64,000 bases of DNA from an uncultured bacterium (lineage in GTDB: Bacteria; Bacillota; Clostridia; Lachnospirales; Lachnospiraceae): assembly GCA_945911275.1 (NCBI GenBank), contig CAMEAQ010000007.1, positions 30,782-94,781 on the forward strand, given 5' to 3'. Position 1 is the stretch's first letter, and each line of letters starts with the position of its first letter. This document shows, in pieces, positions 38,908 through 48,666 of this stretch. The notes under the pieces are model-generated. The model did not search any database and was not told the DNA's origin. It saw only the letters and a program-made list of their open reading frames with translations. The position numbers and the translations under genes are program-made.

Positions 38908-39327
38908 ATGAAAGAAACCGTATTATTATTTCATTTTGAAAAAGAGCGTGTCGGGAAAATACGCCGTGCGTTGCTGCCGCTGAGAATAAGAGTAAAAACA
39001 GTGGAACCGGAGAAATATGGACAGAACATAGGATTTCTGGCGGGGAATAAAGAAATACTGCCGCAGCAAGAAGAGAGTGATCCGGATAGGACTGGATTTC
39101 GCAAAGGGAATGAAGAGGCAGGAAGGACAGAGATAGAACAGGAAATGATGGTCATGGCATGGCTGACAGGACATCAGGTAGATCAGGTTCTGACTGCACT
39201 CAGAAAGCAGGGAATCGGAAGGATTGATTATAAGGCAGTGGTTACACAGCAGAATCAATACTGGGACTGCAGGACGTTATACGCAGAATTGAAAAAGGAA
39301 CATGAAGCATTTACCGGAAAATCATAA
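38908..39327 (+). CDS. DUF3783 domain protein
   Basis: VLLFH...GQNIGFLAG...YKAVVTQQNQYW...ELKKEHEA. Confidence 0.8.
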   Translation: MKETVLLFHFEKERVGKIRRALLPLRIRVKTVEPEKYGQNIGFLAGNKEILPQQEESDPDRTGFRKGNEEAGRTEIEQEMMVMAWLTGHQVDQVLTALRKQGIGRIDYKAVVTQQNQYWDCRTLYAELKKEHEAFTGKS

Positions 39328-39349
39328 AAGAAATCAAAGGTGAAAATTG

Positions 39350-39417
39350 TGTGCGTAAATAATATGAAAATTCTAGAACACAACAGTGTTTTGTGGATTT
39401 CATATTATTTACGCACA
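39350..39417. terminator. 20-bp perfect inverted repeat between convergent genes
   Basis: TGTGCGTAAATAATATGAAA-28 nt-TTTCATATTATTTACGCACA. Confidence 0.7.
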
Positions 39418-39437
39418 TAGTTTTTTGTTGCTTGATT

Positions 39438-40586
39438 TTATGAAAGCAGTGTATTTAAATTGAGTTTGAGAATCCGGTCCATTTTAAAAAGAGAACTTGC
39501 ACGATAATTATAGGCGGCAGATTCAAATAATACATATAGATCATCCCCGTCTACATAGATCTGTTCCATCTTTTCCGGAAGATAAAACTTCAAAACGGCA
39601 GCATTTTCTTCCAGAAGCTTCTGCATGGAATTATTAAATACCTGCAGTGTAGAAGGAAGAACCCCATAAGAATGGGAGAATAATATTTTGTCTTTGTAAA
39701 AAGCAACTCCCTGTGCTTTTTCTGTGATAACCCGCATATCGGAGGGAAGAGCAAGAGGAGTGATCGTATCGGATTTATCGAGAGAATCAGTAAGCAATTG
39801 AGTGACCAGAGTGCCGTCTTCATTGATATCGTACTGCTCCAGGACACTGGCTGTATTAGCGGTAAAATATCCGATATACAGGGAATTATCATGGTATGTC
39901 AGAAAAGAAGTTCTGGTGATCGCATACAGATCGTAAGACTGAGAATAAGTGATCGGAAGATGATCTTCCTGAAAAGAATATTCTTCCAGCTGCTTCAGGG
40001 TGATGGCATTGACCTGAGGAATACCGCGTGACATTCCGGAAATCCAGATATTCTCATGGATAGAGTCATAGGCCAGACCGCCCACATGCGATTTGTTCCT
40101 AAGAACGATTTCTTTGACAAACTCATGACTTTTTTTGTCGATCACATAGATTACGGAATTGTGCGTCTGAGAACCACAGTAAGCACTGACAAGAATATAG
40201 TCCCCCGTGACAGCGAGCCCCTGAGGAGTCATGGAGGTACAGATTGCTGATGTTTCTTTTTCACCGAATACCTGTGTCTCTGTGGACATAAGTCCGGGGA
40301 TTACGTAAGTTCCATAATCAATTTCTGTCGCGCGCCCGTTAAAAGCAGCTGCTTTTACTTCCGGTGTCAGAGAAATTAAAGTACGCTGAAACTTCATATT
40401 GTATATAGACTCTGTAGTTGTCTGTGAAGCTTCCGGCTTGGGTTCATGACTGATGCGATAAACAAGAATATAATAAAAATAAGCAGATCCGGCAAGAATC
40501 AATATGAGACAAAACAACAGCAGCCGAATATGCTTACATTTTTTTTCGCTTTTTTCCTGTTTTTTGGTGGGCTCTTTTTCTTCCAT
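39438..40586 (-). CDS. membrane-anchored hypothetical, beta-propeller (YncE-like)
   Basis: N-terminal TM; repeated PQGLAV / HVGGLAYD / AQGVAF blade-like motifs. Confidence 0.65.
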   Translation of the reverse strand: MEEKEPTKKQEKSEKKCKHIRLLLFCLILILAGSAYFYYILVYRISHEPKPEASQTTTESIYNMKFQRTLISLTPEVKAAAFNGRATEIDYGTYVIPGLMSTETQVFGEKETSAICTSMTPQGLAVTGDYILVSAYCGSQTHNSVIYVIDKKSHEFVKEIVLRNKSHVGGLAYDSIHENIWISGMSRGIPQVNAITLKQLEEYSFQEDHLPITYSQSYDLYAITRTSFLTYHDNSLYIGYFTANTASVLEQYDINEDGTLVTQLLTDSLDKSDTITPLALPSDMRVITEKAQGVAFYKDKILFSHSYGVLPSTLQVFNNSMQKLLEENAAVLKFYLPEKMEQIYVDGDDLYVLFESAAYNYRASSLFKMDRILKLNLNTLLS

Positions 40587-41009
40587 GTGTGTACTCCTGA
40601 TGCTGATATATATAATATGATATCTTATTTTTACAAAAAAAACAAGAAAACTGTGAAATTTGTATAAAGCCCGTATAAAGTCTATGGAAAAATAAGTTAC
40701 CTGTCAGCAGATTCACCGGAAAAAAATTCGGAGGATAAATGAGGAAGGGCCGATATCATTACGATACCGGCCAATATGAAAAAGGAAATCTAAAAATAAC
40801 TGTTAACCACATATTATGAGGGGGGACGGGAGACTACCTTGGATAATCTCCCGCAACAAAGTGTGGTTTGCTTTGTTGAGTATTATAATACATGGGAAAT
40901 GTGACAATTTTGTGTTCGTATGGTAAATCATTTATAAAATTTCATAAAAAATACGAAACTGAAAAAAATAAAAGTATAAAATCCCTTTGCAAATTCAAAG
41001 AATAGCTTG

Positions 41010-42719
41010 TTATGAATGAAGACGAAGGCTCCGATAACGGTTCATGCAGGCGTATATTTCCTGTATTCGGGGCATAGCCAGATTCGGAGGAATACGGCCG
41101 CCGTCAGCCAGAAAGTCGAGTCCCTGTGTAGTCAGCAGGTTTTCCAGTTGTTCCATAGATTCCTGAAGCGTACGCCTTCCGTTAAAAATATGAAGCTGTG
41201 CATAGCGAAGCAGAGAGGACAGGGAGTTCACCTGTTCCGGATCCGCCAGCTGCTCCAGATAGCGAAGATCAATATTTTCATGGTTGACAGAAATTCCGTC
41301 TACACCCATAGTTTTCATTTTTATACGCCGATCTTCACGGAATGAAGGATCCGGCTGCACGATCCGGTGATAATCGGGAGAAGGTTTTTCAGGCGACGAA
41401 GGTCGGATCGAGGGAAATACTTCAGCTTCTTTTTTGGCAAATGCAGTAATATCTACCGGACGGTAATGATCCATCTGGATTACCGTGTCTGCTACATGAA
41501 AATAGGAACCGGAACTTCCAGCCACAAGAATCGTCGAAACCTCCTTTTCATGCGCCAGCCACTGCACCCGTTCGATAAATGGGGTGATGGGTTCCTGCCT
41601 GCGGTTCACGACTCTCTGCATCAACTCGTCACGGATCATAAAGTTTGTGGCACTGGTATCCTCATCAATCAGCAGCAGCCTGCTGCCGGTCTCCATGGCT
41701 TCCACCACATTGGCTGCCTGGGAAGTGCTGCCGCTGGCATCTTCCGAGTAAAAACAGGAGGTATCCTTTCCATTTGGCAGATCATTGATAAAGAAAGAGA
41801 TATCGGCGGCCTTGATACTCCTTCCATCTTCTGCACGGATTTTGACGGCATCGGATTCTGTGATAACGTATTCTCTTCCGTCCCCTGCAATATGGTTATA
41901 AACCCCCAGTTCCAGTGCCTCGAGAAGTGTGGATTTTCCATGATATCCTCCTCCTACGATCAAAGTGATCCCTTTTCGGATTCCCATACCCTTCATAGGA
42001 CCGTGGTTTGGCAGATCAAGCGTCACTTCCATGGAAGCGGGAGAGATAAAAGGGATCCCGTTTTTCATAGGACGGGGTGATACACCGGATTCTCTGGGAA
42101 GAATAGAACCATTTGCTACAAAGGCAGTTAACCCCAAAAGGGGAAGCTGACTGCGGATATATGTCTGATCTTCAGCCAGCTGACAAACCTGTTTCAGTAC
42201 TTTGGCATCAAGATTCCGATAATACAATGATTCCCGTACGCAGACAGGAAGAAAATCAAAAAGAATTTTTATCAGTTCCTGAGAATTGATCGTTCTGCCA
42301 TTTGCAGGGAAACCTACCTCAAGACGAATCGTCAGGTCACCAGTGGAGCTGTTGAGAGAGCAGGCAGTCCGTTCCAGGATTTCCTGTTGACATCTGGTGA
42401 TGGAGATCAGCCCGCTTTTTCCGGAACCTTTCGCCCGGAAATTGAATTTTTCTATTTTTTGATGAAACTGGCGAATCAGATAGTCCTGGAGAGCGATACG
42501 TGTCTCTTTTGTATGGTAAAGTGTTTCCGGGAATCCTGCCTGCTTACCGCTTACTTTGATACTGATCCTGGATGGAGCGGCAAAAGGGTCTCCCTGTACA
42601 TGGTCAATAGAAAGAATGTATCCTGGAAAAGCATAGGCGCCCCGAGTATCTTTATATGCGGGATAACTTTTTCTGTTGATTTGAAAAAGTAGTTGTTTTA
42701 AATCTTCTGCTGATTTCAT
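41010..42719 (-). CDS. predicted ABC-class ATPase (ABC_ATPase/MRB1590-like family)
   Basis: HVQGDPFAAPSR N-domain, GGGYHGKST Walker A, DASGSTSQA, LLIDEDTSATNFMIRD. Confidence 0.88.
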   Translation of the reverse strand: MKSAEDLKQLLFQINRKSYPAYKDTRGAYAFPGYILSIDHVQGDPFAAPSRISIKVSGKQAGFPETLYHTKETRIALQDYLIRQFHQKIEKFNFRAKGSGKSGLISITRCQQEILERTACSLNSSTGDLTIRLEVGFPANGRTINSQELIKILFDFLPVCVRESLYYRNLDAKVLKQVCQLAEDQTYIRSQLPLLGLTAFVANGSILPRESGVSPRPMKNGIPFISPASMEVTLDLPNHGPMKGMGIRKGITLIVGGGYHGKSTLLEALELGVYNHIAGDGREYVITESDAVKIRAEDGRSIKAADISFFINDLPNGKDTSCFYSEDASGSTSQAANVVEAMETGSRLLLIDEDTSATNFMIRDELMQRVVNRRQEPITPFIERVQWLAHEKEVSTILVAGSSGSYFHVADTVIQMDHYRPVDITAFAKKEAEVFPSIRPSSPEKPSPDYHRIVQPDPSFREDRRIKMKTMGVDGISVNHENIDLRYLEQLADPEQVNSLSSLLRYAQLHIFNGRRTLQESMEQLENLLTTQGLDFLADGGRIPPNLAMPRIQEIYACMNRYRSLRLHS

Positions 42720-42935
42720 TTCATTTTCTCCTTGCTTATTTGTTCATTCTGTTTAAGTATACCAACTTAAAAAAAATATTCAATCCTTCTTTAGGTCGGA
42801 TAACCAATATACTTTATTGGATATACAAACCCAGAGTAGCCGTTATCAAAGATGTATGTTATAATTTCTTCATGAGAATTAAGAAGCATGATTGTGATGA
42901 GAAGGATAGTATCGTAGTGTGAAGGGAGAATAGAG

Positions 42936-43379
42936 ATGGAGATTGAAAGAAAATATTTAATAGACAGTTTGCCGGAGCATCTGGATGATTTTCCTCATAA
43001 GGAGCTGGAACAGGCATATTTGTGTACGAATCCTGTGGTGCGGGTTCGAAGAGAGGGGGAAGAGTATGTACTTACCTACAAGTCCGGGGGACTTATGATG
43101 CGGGAAGAGTATAATCTTCCGCTGAATCAGGAAGCATATGAGCATCTTCTGAAAAAGGCGGATGGCATTGTGATTTCGAAAACAAGATATATTCTCCCGG
43201 AAAAAGACGGACTGAGGATAGAGCTGGATGTGTTTCATGGGAAGCACGACGGACTGATCCTGGCAGAGGTAGAGTTTCCTACAGAAGAAGCTGCAAATGC
43301 TTATTGTCCTCCGGAGTGGTTCGGGGAAGATGTGACGTATTCAACCAAATATCATAATAGTAATCTGAGCAAAGAATGA
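42936..43379 (+). CDS. CYTH domain protein
   Basis: MEIERKYL ExExK motif, VRVR, IELDVF, LAEVEF. Confidence 0.92.
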   Translation: MEIERKYLIDSLPEHLDDFPHKELEQAYLCTNPVVRVRREGEEYVLTYKSGGLMMREEYNLPLNQEAYEHLLKKADGIVISKTRYILPEKDGLRIELDVFHGKHDGLILAEVEFPTEEAANAYCPPEWFGEDVTYSTKYHNSNLSKE

Positions 43380-43497
43380 TTGCATTTACTAAGACAGGAG
43401 AGGTGAAAATAAAAATATAAAAAGTAATTGCAAAATTTCAGATTGTTCCAATTCTTAAACATCTGAGGTAAGCTATAGGAAAGAAAGGAGCGGGACT

Positions 43498-43734
43498 ATG
43501 GATTATAAGCGAATGAACGAATTTCGGTTATTGGGTCTGACAATCGCGTACTATCGTAAACTGCGTGGAATGACGCAGGCAGATCTGGCAGAAGCTACGC
43601 AGCTGAGCCGTACCCATATCAGCAATATCGAAGCACCGAATGGAAAAACATCCATCTCACTGAATAAGTTGTTTGATATTGCGGAAGTTCTGGAAGTGCC
43701 TATGAAAGATCTGTTTGATTTCCGGGATAAGTAG
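43498..43734 (+). CDS. XRE family HTH regulator
   Basis: YYRKLRGMTQADLAEATQLSRTHISNIE. Confidence 0.9.
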   Translation: MDYKRMNEFRLLGLTIAYYRKLRGMTQADLAEATQLSRTHISNIEAPNGKTSISLNKLFDIAEVLEVPMKDLFDFRDK

Positions 43735-43740
43735 AACATG

Positions 43741-43778
43741 AAAAATAAAGAGGATGCTTTGGCACCCTCTTTATTTTT
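43741..43778. terminator. bidirectional terminator (XRE/thrS)
   Basis: AAAAATAAAGAGG...CCTCTTTATTTTT. Confidence 0.8.
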
Positions 43779-43786
43779 TATGTTCC

Positions 43787-45748
43787 TTATTTCTGTTCTG
43801 CCGGCATTTCTTTTCGGATTTCTTTTGTCCGGATTTCCTTGCAGATATCATCAATAAACTGTTCCAGCGGTTTCACACCCTCATCTCCGGCGAAACGGCT
43901 GCGGACAGATACGGTATGGTCAGCTTCTTCCTGCTGTCCCACAACCAGCATATACGGAAGTTTGGCCATACGGGCTTCGCGGATCTTGAAACCGATTTTT
44001 TCGGAACGATTGTCTGCGGTTGCATCGATTCCGTTTGCTTTCAGTGCTTTCAGAACTTCTTCCGCATAAGCTGTATATTTTTCAGAGATCGGAAGGACAC
44101 GAACCTGTTCCGGACACAGCCAGGTTGGGAATTTTCCGGCGTATTTTTCAATCAGCCATGCCAGTGTTCTCTCATAGCATCCAAGAGATGTTCTGTGGAT
44201 AATATATGGACGTACCTTGTCCCCGTTCTGATCGATGTAGGTCATGTCAAAGTTTTCAGCAATGGCACAGTCAAGTTGGATGGTGATCATGGTATCTTCT
44301 TTTCCATATACATTTTTTGCCTGAATATCAATCTTCGGACCATAAAAAGCAGCTTCTCCTTCTGCTTCGGTGAATGGAAGATTCTTTTCTTTCAACACTT
44401 CACGCAGCGCATTCTGTGTGGATTCCCAGTAATTGTCATCACCCAGATATTTTTTCTTGTTGTTGGGATCCCATTTGGAGAGACGGAAGGTTACATCATC
44501 TGCCAGCCCCAGGGTATCCAGAACATAGTAAGCCAGATCCAGACAGCTCTTTAATTCTTCTTCCGCCTGATCCGGACGGATCACCAGATGACCTTCGGAG
44601 ATGGTGAATTGACGGACACGGGTCAGACCATGCATTTCTCCGGAATCCTCAGCACGGAACAGAGTAGAAGTTTCACCCATACGGTAAGGAAGATCACGGT
44701 AAGATTTCTGTGTGTTTTTGTATACGTAATATTGGAACGGGCAGGTCATCGGACGCAGCGCAAATACTTCTTTGTCTTTTTCTTCGTCGCCCAGAACAAA
44801 CATTCCGTCTTTGTAGTGATCCCAGTGACCGGAAATTTTGTACAGATCACTTTTGGCCATCAGAGGAGTTCTGGTGCGGACATAGCCCCACTCATTATCT
44901 TCCAGATCCTCGATCCAGCGCTGCAGCTTCATGATCATCTTTGTACCCTTTGGAGTAAACAGCGGAAGTCCCTGTCCAACAACATCAACGGTGGTAAACA
45001 ATTCCATCTCGCGTCCCAGTCGGTTGTGATCCCGGCGTTTTGCATCTTCCATGCGTTCCAGATGGGCTTTCAGGTCATCTTTTTTATTGTAGGCTGTACC
45101 GTAAATTCTCTGAAGACGAGCTTTATTGGAATCCCCTCTCCAGTAAGCCATAGAGGAAGAAGTCAGTTTGAAAGCCTTAATTCCTTTGGTGGACATCAGA
45201 TGTGGTCCCGCACACAGATCAACAAAACCGCCCTGATCATAGAAAGAAATCTCAGAGCCTTCCGGAAGATCTTCAATCAGTTCCACTTTATAAGGTTCAT
45301 TACGTTCTTTCATAAACTGGATCGCTTCTTCACGGGGCAGTGTAAATCGTTTGATTTCGTGTCCTTCTTTGATAATTTTCTTCATTTCAGCTTCGATTTT
45401 ATCAAGAGCTTCTCTGCTGAAGCTTTCGCAATCGAAATCATAATAAAACCCGGATTCAATGGAAGGTCCGATAGCCAGTTTGGCATCCGGATACAGTCTT
45501 TTTACTGCCTCAGCCAGAACGTGGGAGGTTGTATGGCGGTAAGCAGCTTTTCCTCCTTCGTCATTAAAGGTAAGAATATTCAATGCGCAGTCTTTGTCAA
45601 CAATGGTACGAAGATCAACTACTTCGCCGTCTACTTCACCTGCACAGGCTGCTCTTGCCAGTCTTTCACTGATATCTTTGGCAATATCATAGACAGACAT
45701 GGACTGTTCATAATCTTTTTGGGATCCGTCTTTCAATGTAATAATCAT
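43787..45748 (-). CDS. thrS: threonine--tRNA ligase
   Basis: TGS domain, HTTSH, DLCAGPH, RPMTCP, GEAAFYGPKID. True ATG at 45748 after an AGGAG RBS; the longer ORF start lies inside the repeat. Confidence 0.97.
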   Translation of the reverse strand: MIITLKDGSQKDYEQSMSVYDIAKDISERLARAACAGEVDGEVVDLRTIVDKDCALNILTFNDEGGKAAYRHTTSHVLAEAVKRLYPDAKLAIGPSIESGFYYDFDCESFSREALDKIEAEMKKIIKEGHEIKRFTLPREEAIQFMKERNEPYKVELIEDLPEGSEISFYDQGGFVDLCAGPHLMSTKGIKAFKLTSSSMAYWRGDSNKARLQRIYGTAYNKKDDLKAHLERMEDAKRRDHNRLGREMELFTTVDVVGQGLPLFTPKGTKMIMKLQRWIEDLEDNEWGYVRTRTPLMAKSDLYKISGHWDHYKDGMFVLGDEEKDKEVFALRPMTCPFQYYVYKNTQKSYRDLPYRMGETSTLFRAEDSGEMHGLTRVRQFTISEGHLVIRPDQAEEELKSCLDLAYYVLDTLGLADDVTFRLSKWDPNNKKKYLGDDNYWESTQNALREVLKEKNLPFTEAEGEAAFYGPKIDIQAKNVYGKEDTMITIQLDCAIAENFDMTYIDQNGDKVRPYIIHRTSLGCYERTLAWLIEKYAGKFPTWLCPEQVRVLPISEKYTAYAEEVLKALKANGIDATADNRSEKIGFKIREARMAKLPYMLVVGQQEEADHTVSVRSRFAGDEGVKPLEQFIDDICKEIRTKEIRKEMPAEQK

Positions 45749-45775
45749 GATCGTTCTCCTTCTTTCTATATTATT

Positions 45776-45952
45776 AGAACAAAGTGGGCAAACCCACTTC
45801 AACTCCCCATACCCCTCACTCATGAGGGGCTTGCACACTTTGAGCGCCGATGCGTAGCTGCTTTAGCAGCTTTCCTATGCGCATCGTGTGCATCCCCCCG
45901 GAGGGTTTTTATATCATAGGAAAATGCGAAGCACTTTCCTATGATATAAAAA
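45776..45952 (-). repeat. 177-bp structured repeat, copy 2 (inside thrS leader)
   Basis: Reverse complement differs from 7380-7556 at one base. Confidence 0.92.
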
Positions 45953-46185
45953 CAGAAAAGCCCGTCTCTTTCGACTTTTCTGTCGAAAGGGACGAGCATA
46001 TAACTCGCGGTTCCACCCTCTTTGGTGCAGATATGCACCCGCTTCATTTGATGATAACGGAATCACCGTGCCGTATTAGGGCCGCTCAGAGGTGGTCTTC
46101 AGACAATAATCCGGCGGGATGCTTACACCTCTCCATCCCTCTCTGGAGCCATCTTACTGCTTACTCTTCTCTTCAACGCTTTCTA
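45953..46185 (-). ncRNA. T-box leader (Thr, ACC specifier)
   Basis: AGAGA/GGTG stem I motifs, GAAG-ACC specifier (46094-96), AGGGTGGAACCGCG T-box (46006-19), terminator stem 45960-97. Confidence 0.93.
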
Positions 46186-46191
46186 CCAGTT

Positions 46192-46219
46192 ATTATAACA
46201 TTGCAAAACGCTTTGTCAA
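46192..46219 (-). promoter_or_regulatory. consensus sigmaA promoter of thrS
   Basis: TTGACA-16 nt-TATAAT with extended TG. Confidence 0.85.
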
Positions 46220-46228
46220 GCTGGAAAT

Positions 46229-47995
46229 TTGGGAACCGGCAACAGTGCAGTGACTACTGTTACAAAGAATACAGAAATAACTATCATTGGGGATGCTCTG
46301 GATTCCGGCGGCATCACATGGTACTATACCTATGTGATCAAGAGCGGGCAGGTTTACAGCGGTTATATCATTTCTTCGTATGTCAGTGTGGGAACTTCAG
46401 AAAGGACGGCAGATAAGGCAGTGGTGGATGCTTCCAGTCTGAACGTAAGGAAAGGACCGGGGAAGGATTATGCTTCGCTTACAACAGTAAGCAGGAATGA
46501 GACCCTGTATGTTGTGGATATGGATGTATCTTCAGTAAGACAGCAGTGGGCACTGGTATATTTTGAAAAATCGGGGACTAAGTATGTCGGTTATATCCTG
46601 GATGATTATATCTATCAGGAATGGACTGAGCCAAGATACAGTGACCTGGAAACGGAATATCTGGAAGAGCATGTATATCATATGTCAGGAAATCCGGCCT
46701 TTGTGAAAAAACTTACCCAGACCCTGCAGATCTCAGGGAAGGCTGGAGATACGTATACCGGTAATCTGTGGGGATGCGGAGATCCCGTATCGGAGAAAGA
46801 CAACAGGGTATGCGGCCTTGAGGTGGAATTCGTGCTGAATGACGGCACCCTGGAGACTTACACCAGTACTTTCAAAACAGGCGGCAGCGAGTGGCAGTTT
46901 TTGCATGATGTGTTCGTGGCGAAACATCCGTATAAAAGGATCAATGTCAGCTGCGTCTTCAGTTACCAGGCCAATGTGTTCCTGTTTGACGGGCTGGGAT
47001 TTTACCGTGAGGATTTCTCCGAAAGCTATGTCTATGATACAAAGGGAAATGTGATCAGCGTCCAGGACAACGCAAAAAATACAAGCAAGTTCGAGTATGA
47101 TACAAATAATAATATCTCGAAGATCACCGATCCCAAAGGCAGCAATTTCACGGATACCTATGACAGCAAACATAACGTACAGACGGCTGTATCTGCTGAA
47201 AAAACAAAGTATACGTTCACCTATGACAGCAAAGGGAACCCGACCACAAGCAGGGTGACAAACGCAGATGCGGATACGGGACCCTACATCCAGTCAGGGA
47301 TGACCTACACTGGGGATGGAAATTATACGGCGACCGTTACGGATCCTTTGGGGAATACCGTCCGGTATGAGTATGATGCACTCGACCGTCTGGCATCTGT
47401 TTTAGATGCCAGGATGGATATAACCCGTTATACCTATGATCCCTATGGACGTCTTACAGAGGTAAATAAGGATATTGATGAGGCTGACACTGCAAAAGTT
47501 CAATATACTTATGAGAAAGATGAATTAAAGACCATTGCTACAAATGGTATATCTTATACGCTCAGCCAGGACTCTTTCGGGAAACCTGCCGGTGTAGCTG
47601 CAGGAAGCCGGCAGCTGGTCAGCAAAGTCTATGAGGACTACAACGGTAATCTGGCATCGCTTTCTTACGGGAATGGTTTCACCTGGCTGTATGATTATGA
47701 TGACCTGGATCGTCTGGTGCAGATCCGGATGAAGGATACCAATGACCAGACGTATGTAATGTACCGTTATGAGTATGACCAGGAAGGCAACCTGTGTACA
47801 GAATACGATGTGCGCGAAGATCTGGGGACGGAAACGATCACAACCCGCTATTTTTACGATCTTTCAGGAAGGCTGGCATACTGCAGGAATGACCGTGATG
47901 AGGATTACCGTTATACTTACGACCAGAACAACCAGGTTACGAAGATAGAGAACGGGAACCAGTTTAGGAAAACGGAGACCGTCTATACTTATGAA
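46229..47995 (+). pseudogene. internal fragment of an Rhs/YD-repeat protein with SH3b and jelly-roll domains
   Basis: No RBS or ATG; LNVRKGPGKDY SH3b; many YD/YDxxG repeats; no terminal PxxxxDPxG core end or toxin tip. Confidence 0.8.
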
Positions 47996-48007
47996 GGTGA
48001 ATATTTT

Positions 48008-48214
48008 ATGGATGCATGTATAGAGTATGAACTTTATACTGAAGAAGAGTTAAAAAAATACTTTGATGAAGAATTTGAGAAACATGTTATGCCTATTATT
48101 AAAGAAGGAAAAGAGAGGTTAATACAAGATTTGGATTATTTCTTTGATGAGATGTTTGAAGAAGAAATACAAAAGGTACTAAATAAACTCGGTATCGATA
48201 GGGAACATCAGTGA
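48008..48214 (+). CDS. small acidic helical protein (68 aa), fused in frame to the Rhs fragment
   Basis: GAAGGTGA RBS-like sequence before ATG 48008; visibly more AT-rich than the Rhs fragment. Confidence 0.45.
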   Translation: MDACIEYELYTEEELKKYFDEEFEKHVMPIIKEGKERLIQDLDYFFDEMFEEEIQKVLNKLGIDREHQ

Positions 48215-48334
48215 TATTGAAGACAGTAACAGGAAAAACGTCAGAAGATAATACTGGAAAAGTTCTGTAAAGAGCATCCATTTTACATTCCTAATATTTT
48301 TGAAAGTTGTGTATATTCAATACAACAGATTTAA

Positions 48335-48627
48335 AGTCTTGTGGATAAGAATGCGGAAACTCAAGGGGACATGGAAGTTGCAAATAGTGAAGATATGTGC
48401 TACATGTCAACCTACACTTGTTCCCAGGTCTGCACCGCATTGAATGCTACCTTTGATCTTGGGCTTGACAAGAAATATTACCAGCCTAAAGAACTGAATA
48501 AAAAACTCAAAAAAATTTTTTAAAGAAGGATTCCCATACAACATTTCCAAAGAACCATAAAGGGTAACAAACCTTGAATTTGCGCGGTTTGTCGCCCTTT
48601 GCTATTCTTCCGACTGTCGAAAACGGG
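48335..48627 (+). mobile_element. 3' remnant of an IS (IS1634-like transposase C-terminus and right end)
   Basis: YMSTYTCSQVCTALNATFDLGLDKKYYQPKELNKKLKKIF recalls IS1634-type C-termini; subterminal hairpin, then ACTGTCGAAAACGGG end. Confidence 0.5.
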
Positions 48628-48666
48628 ATTTTAACAGTTTGCACAGCGTGTGTCAACTATGTGTAA

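Noticed and set aside
45749-45838. 30-aa N-terminal extension of ThrS encoded by the repeat
   Set aside because: The in-frame GTG lies inside the repeat, while the ATG at 45748 has a good RBS and gives a normal TGS start.
44588-45919. 443-aa and other long ORFs antisense to thrS, thiC (22101-23024), hslO (13337-14248), addA and kdpD
   Set aside because: They are shadows of well-supported genes on the other strand, with no motifs or RBS and odd composition.
45850-46416. ORFs 7261-7482 and 45850-46416 share the N-terminus MRSCFSSFPMRIVCIPPEGFYIIGK
   Set aside because: The identity comes from reading the 177-bp repeat antisense; there is no RBS and the C-termini are unrelated.
43498-48627. Prophage or ICE around the XRE gene and Rhs relic
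   Set aside because: No integrase, relaxase, structural genes or att-like repeats were seen.
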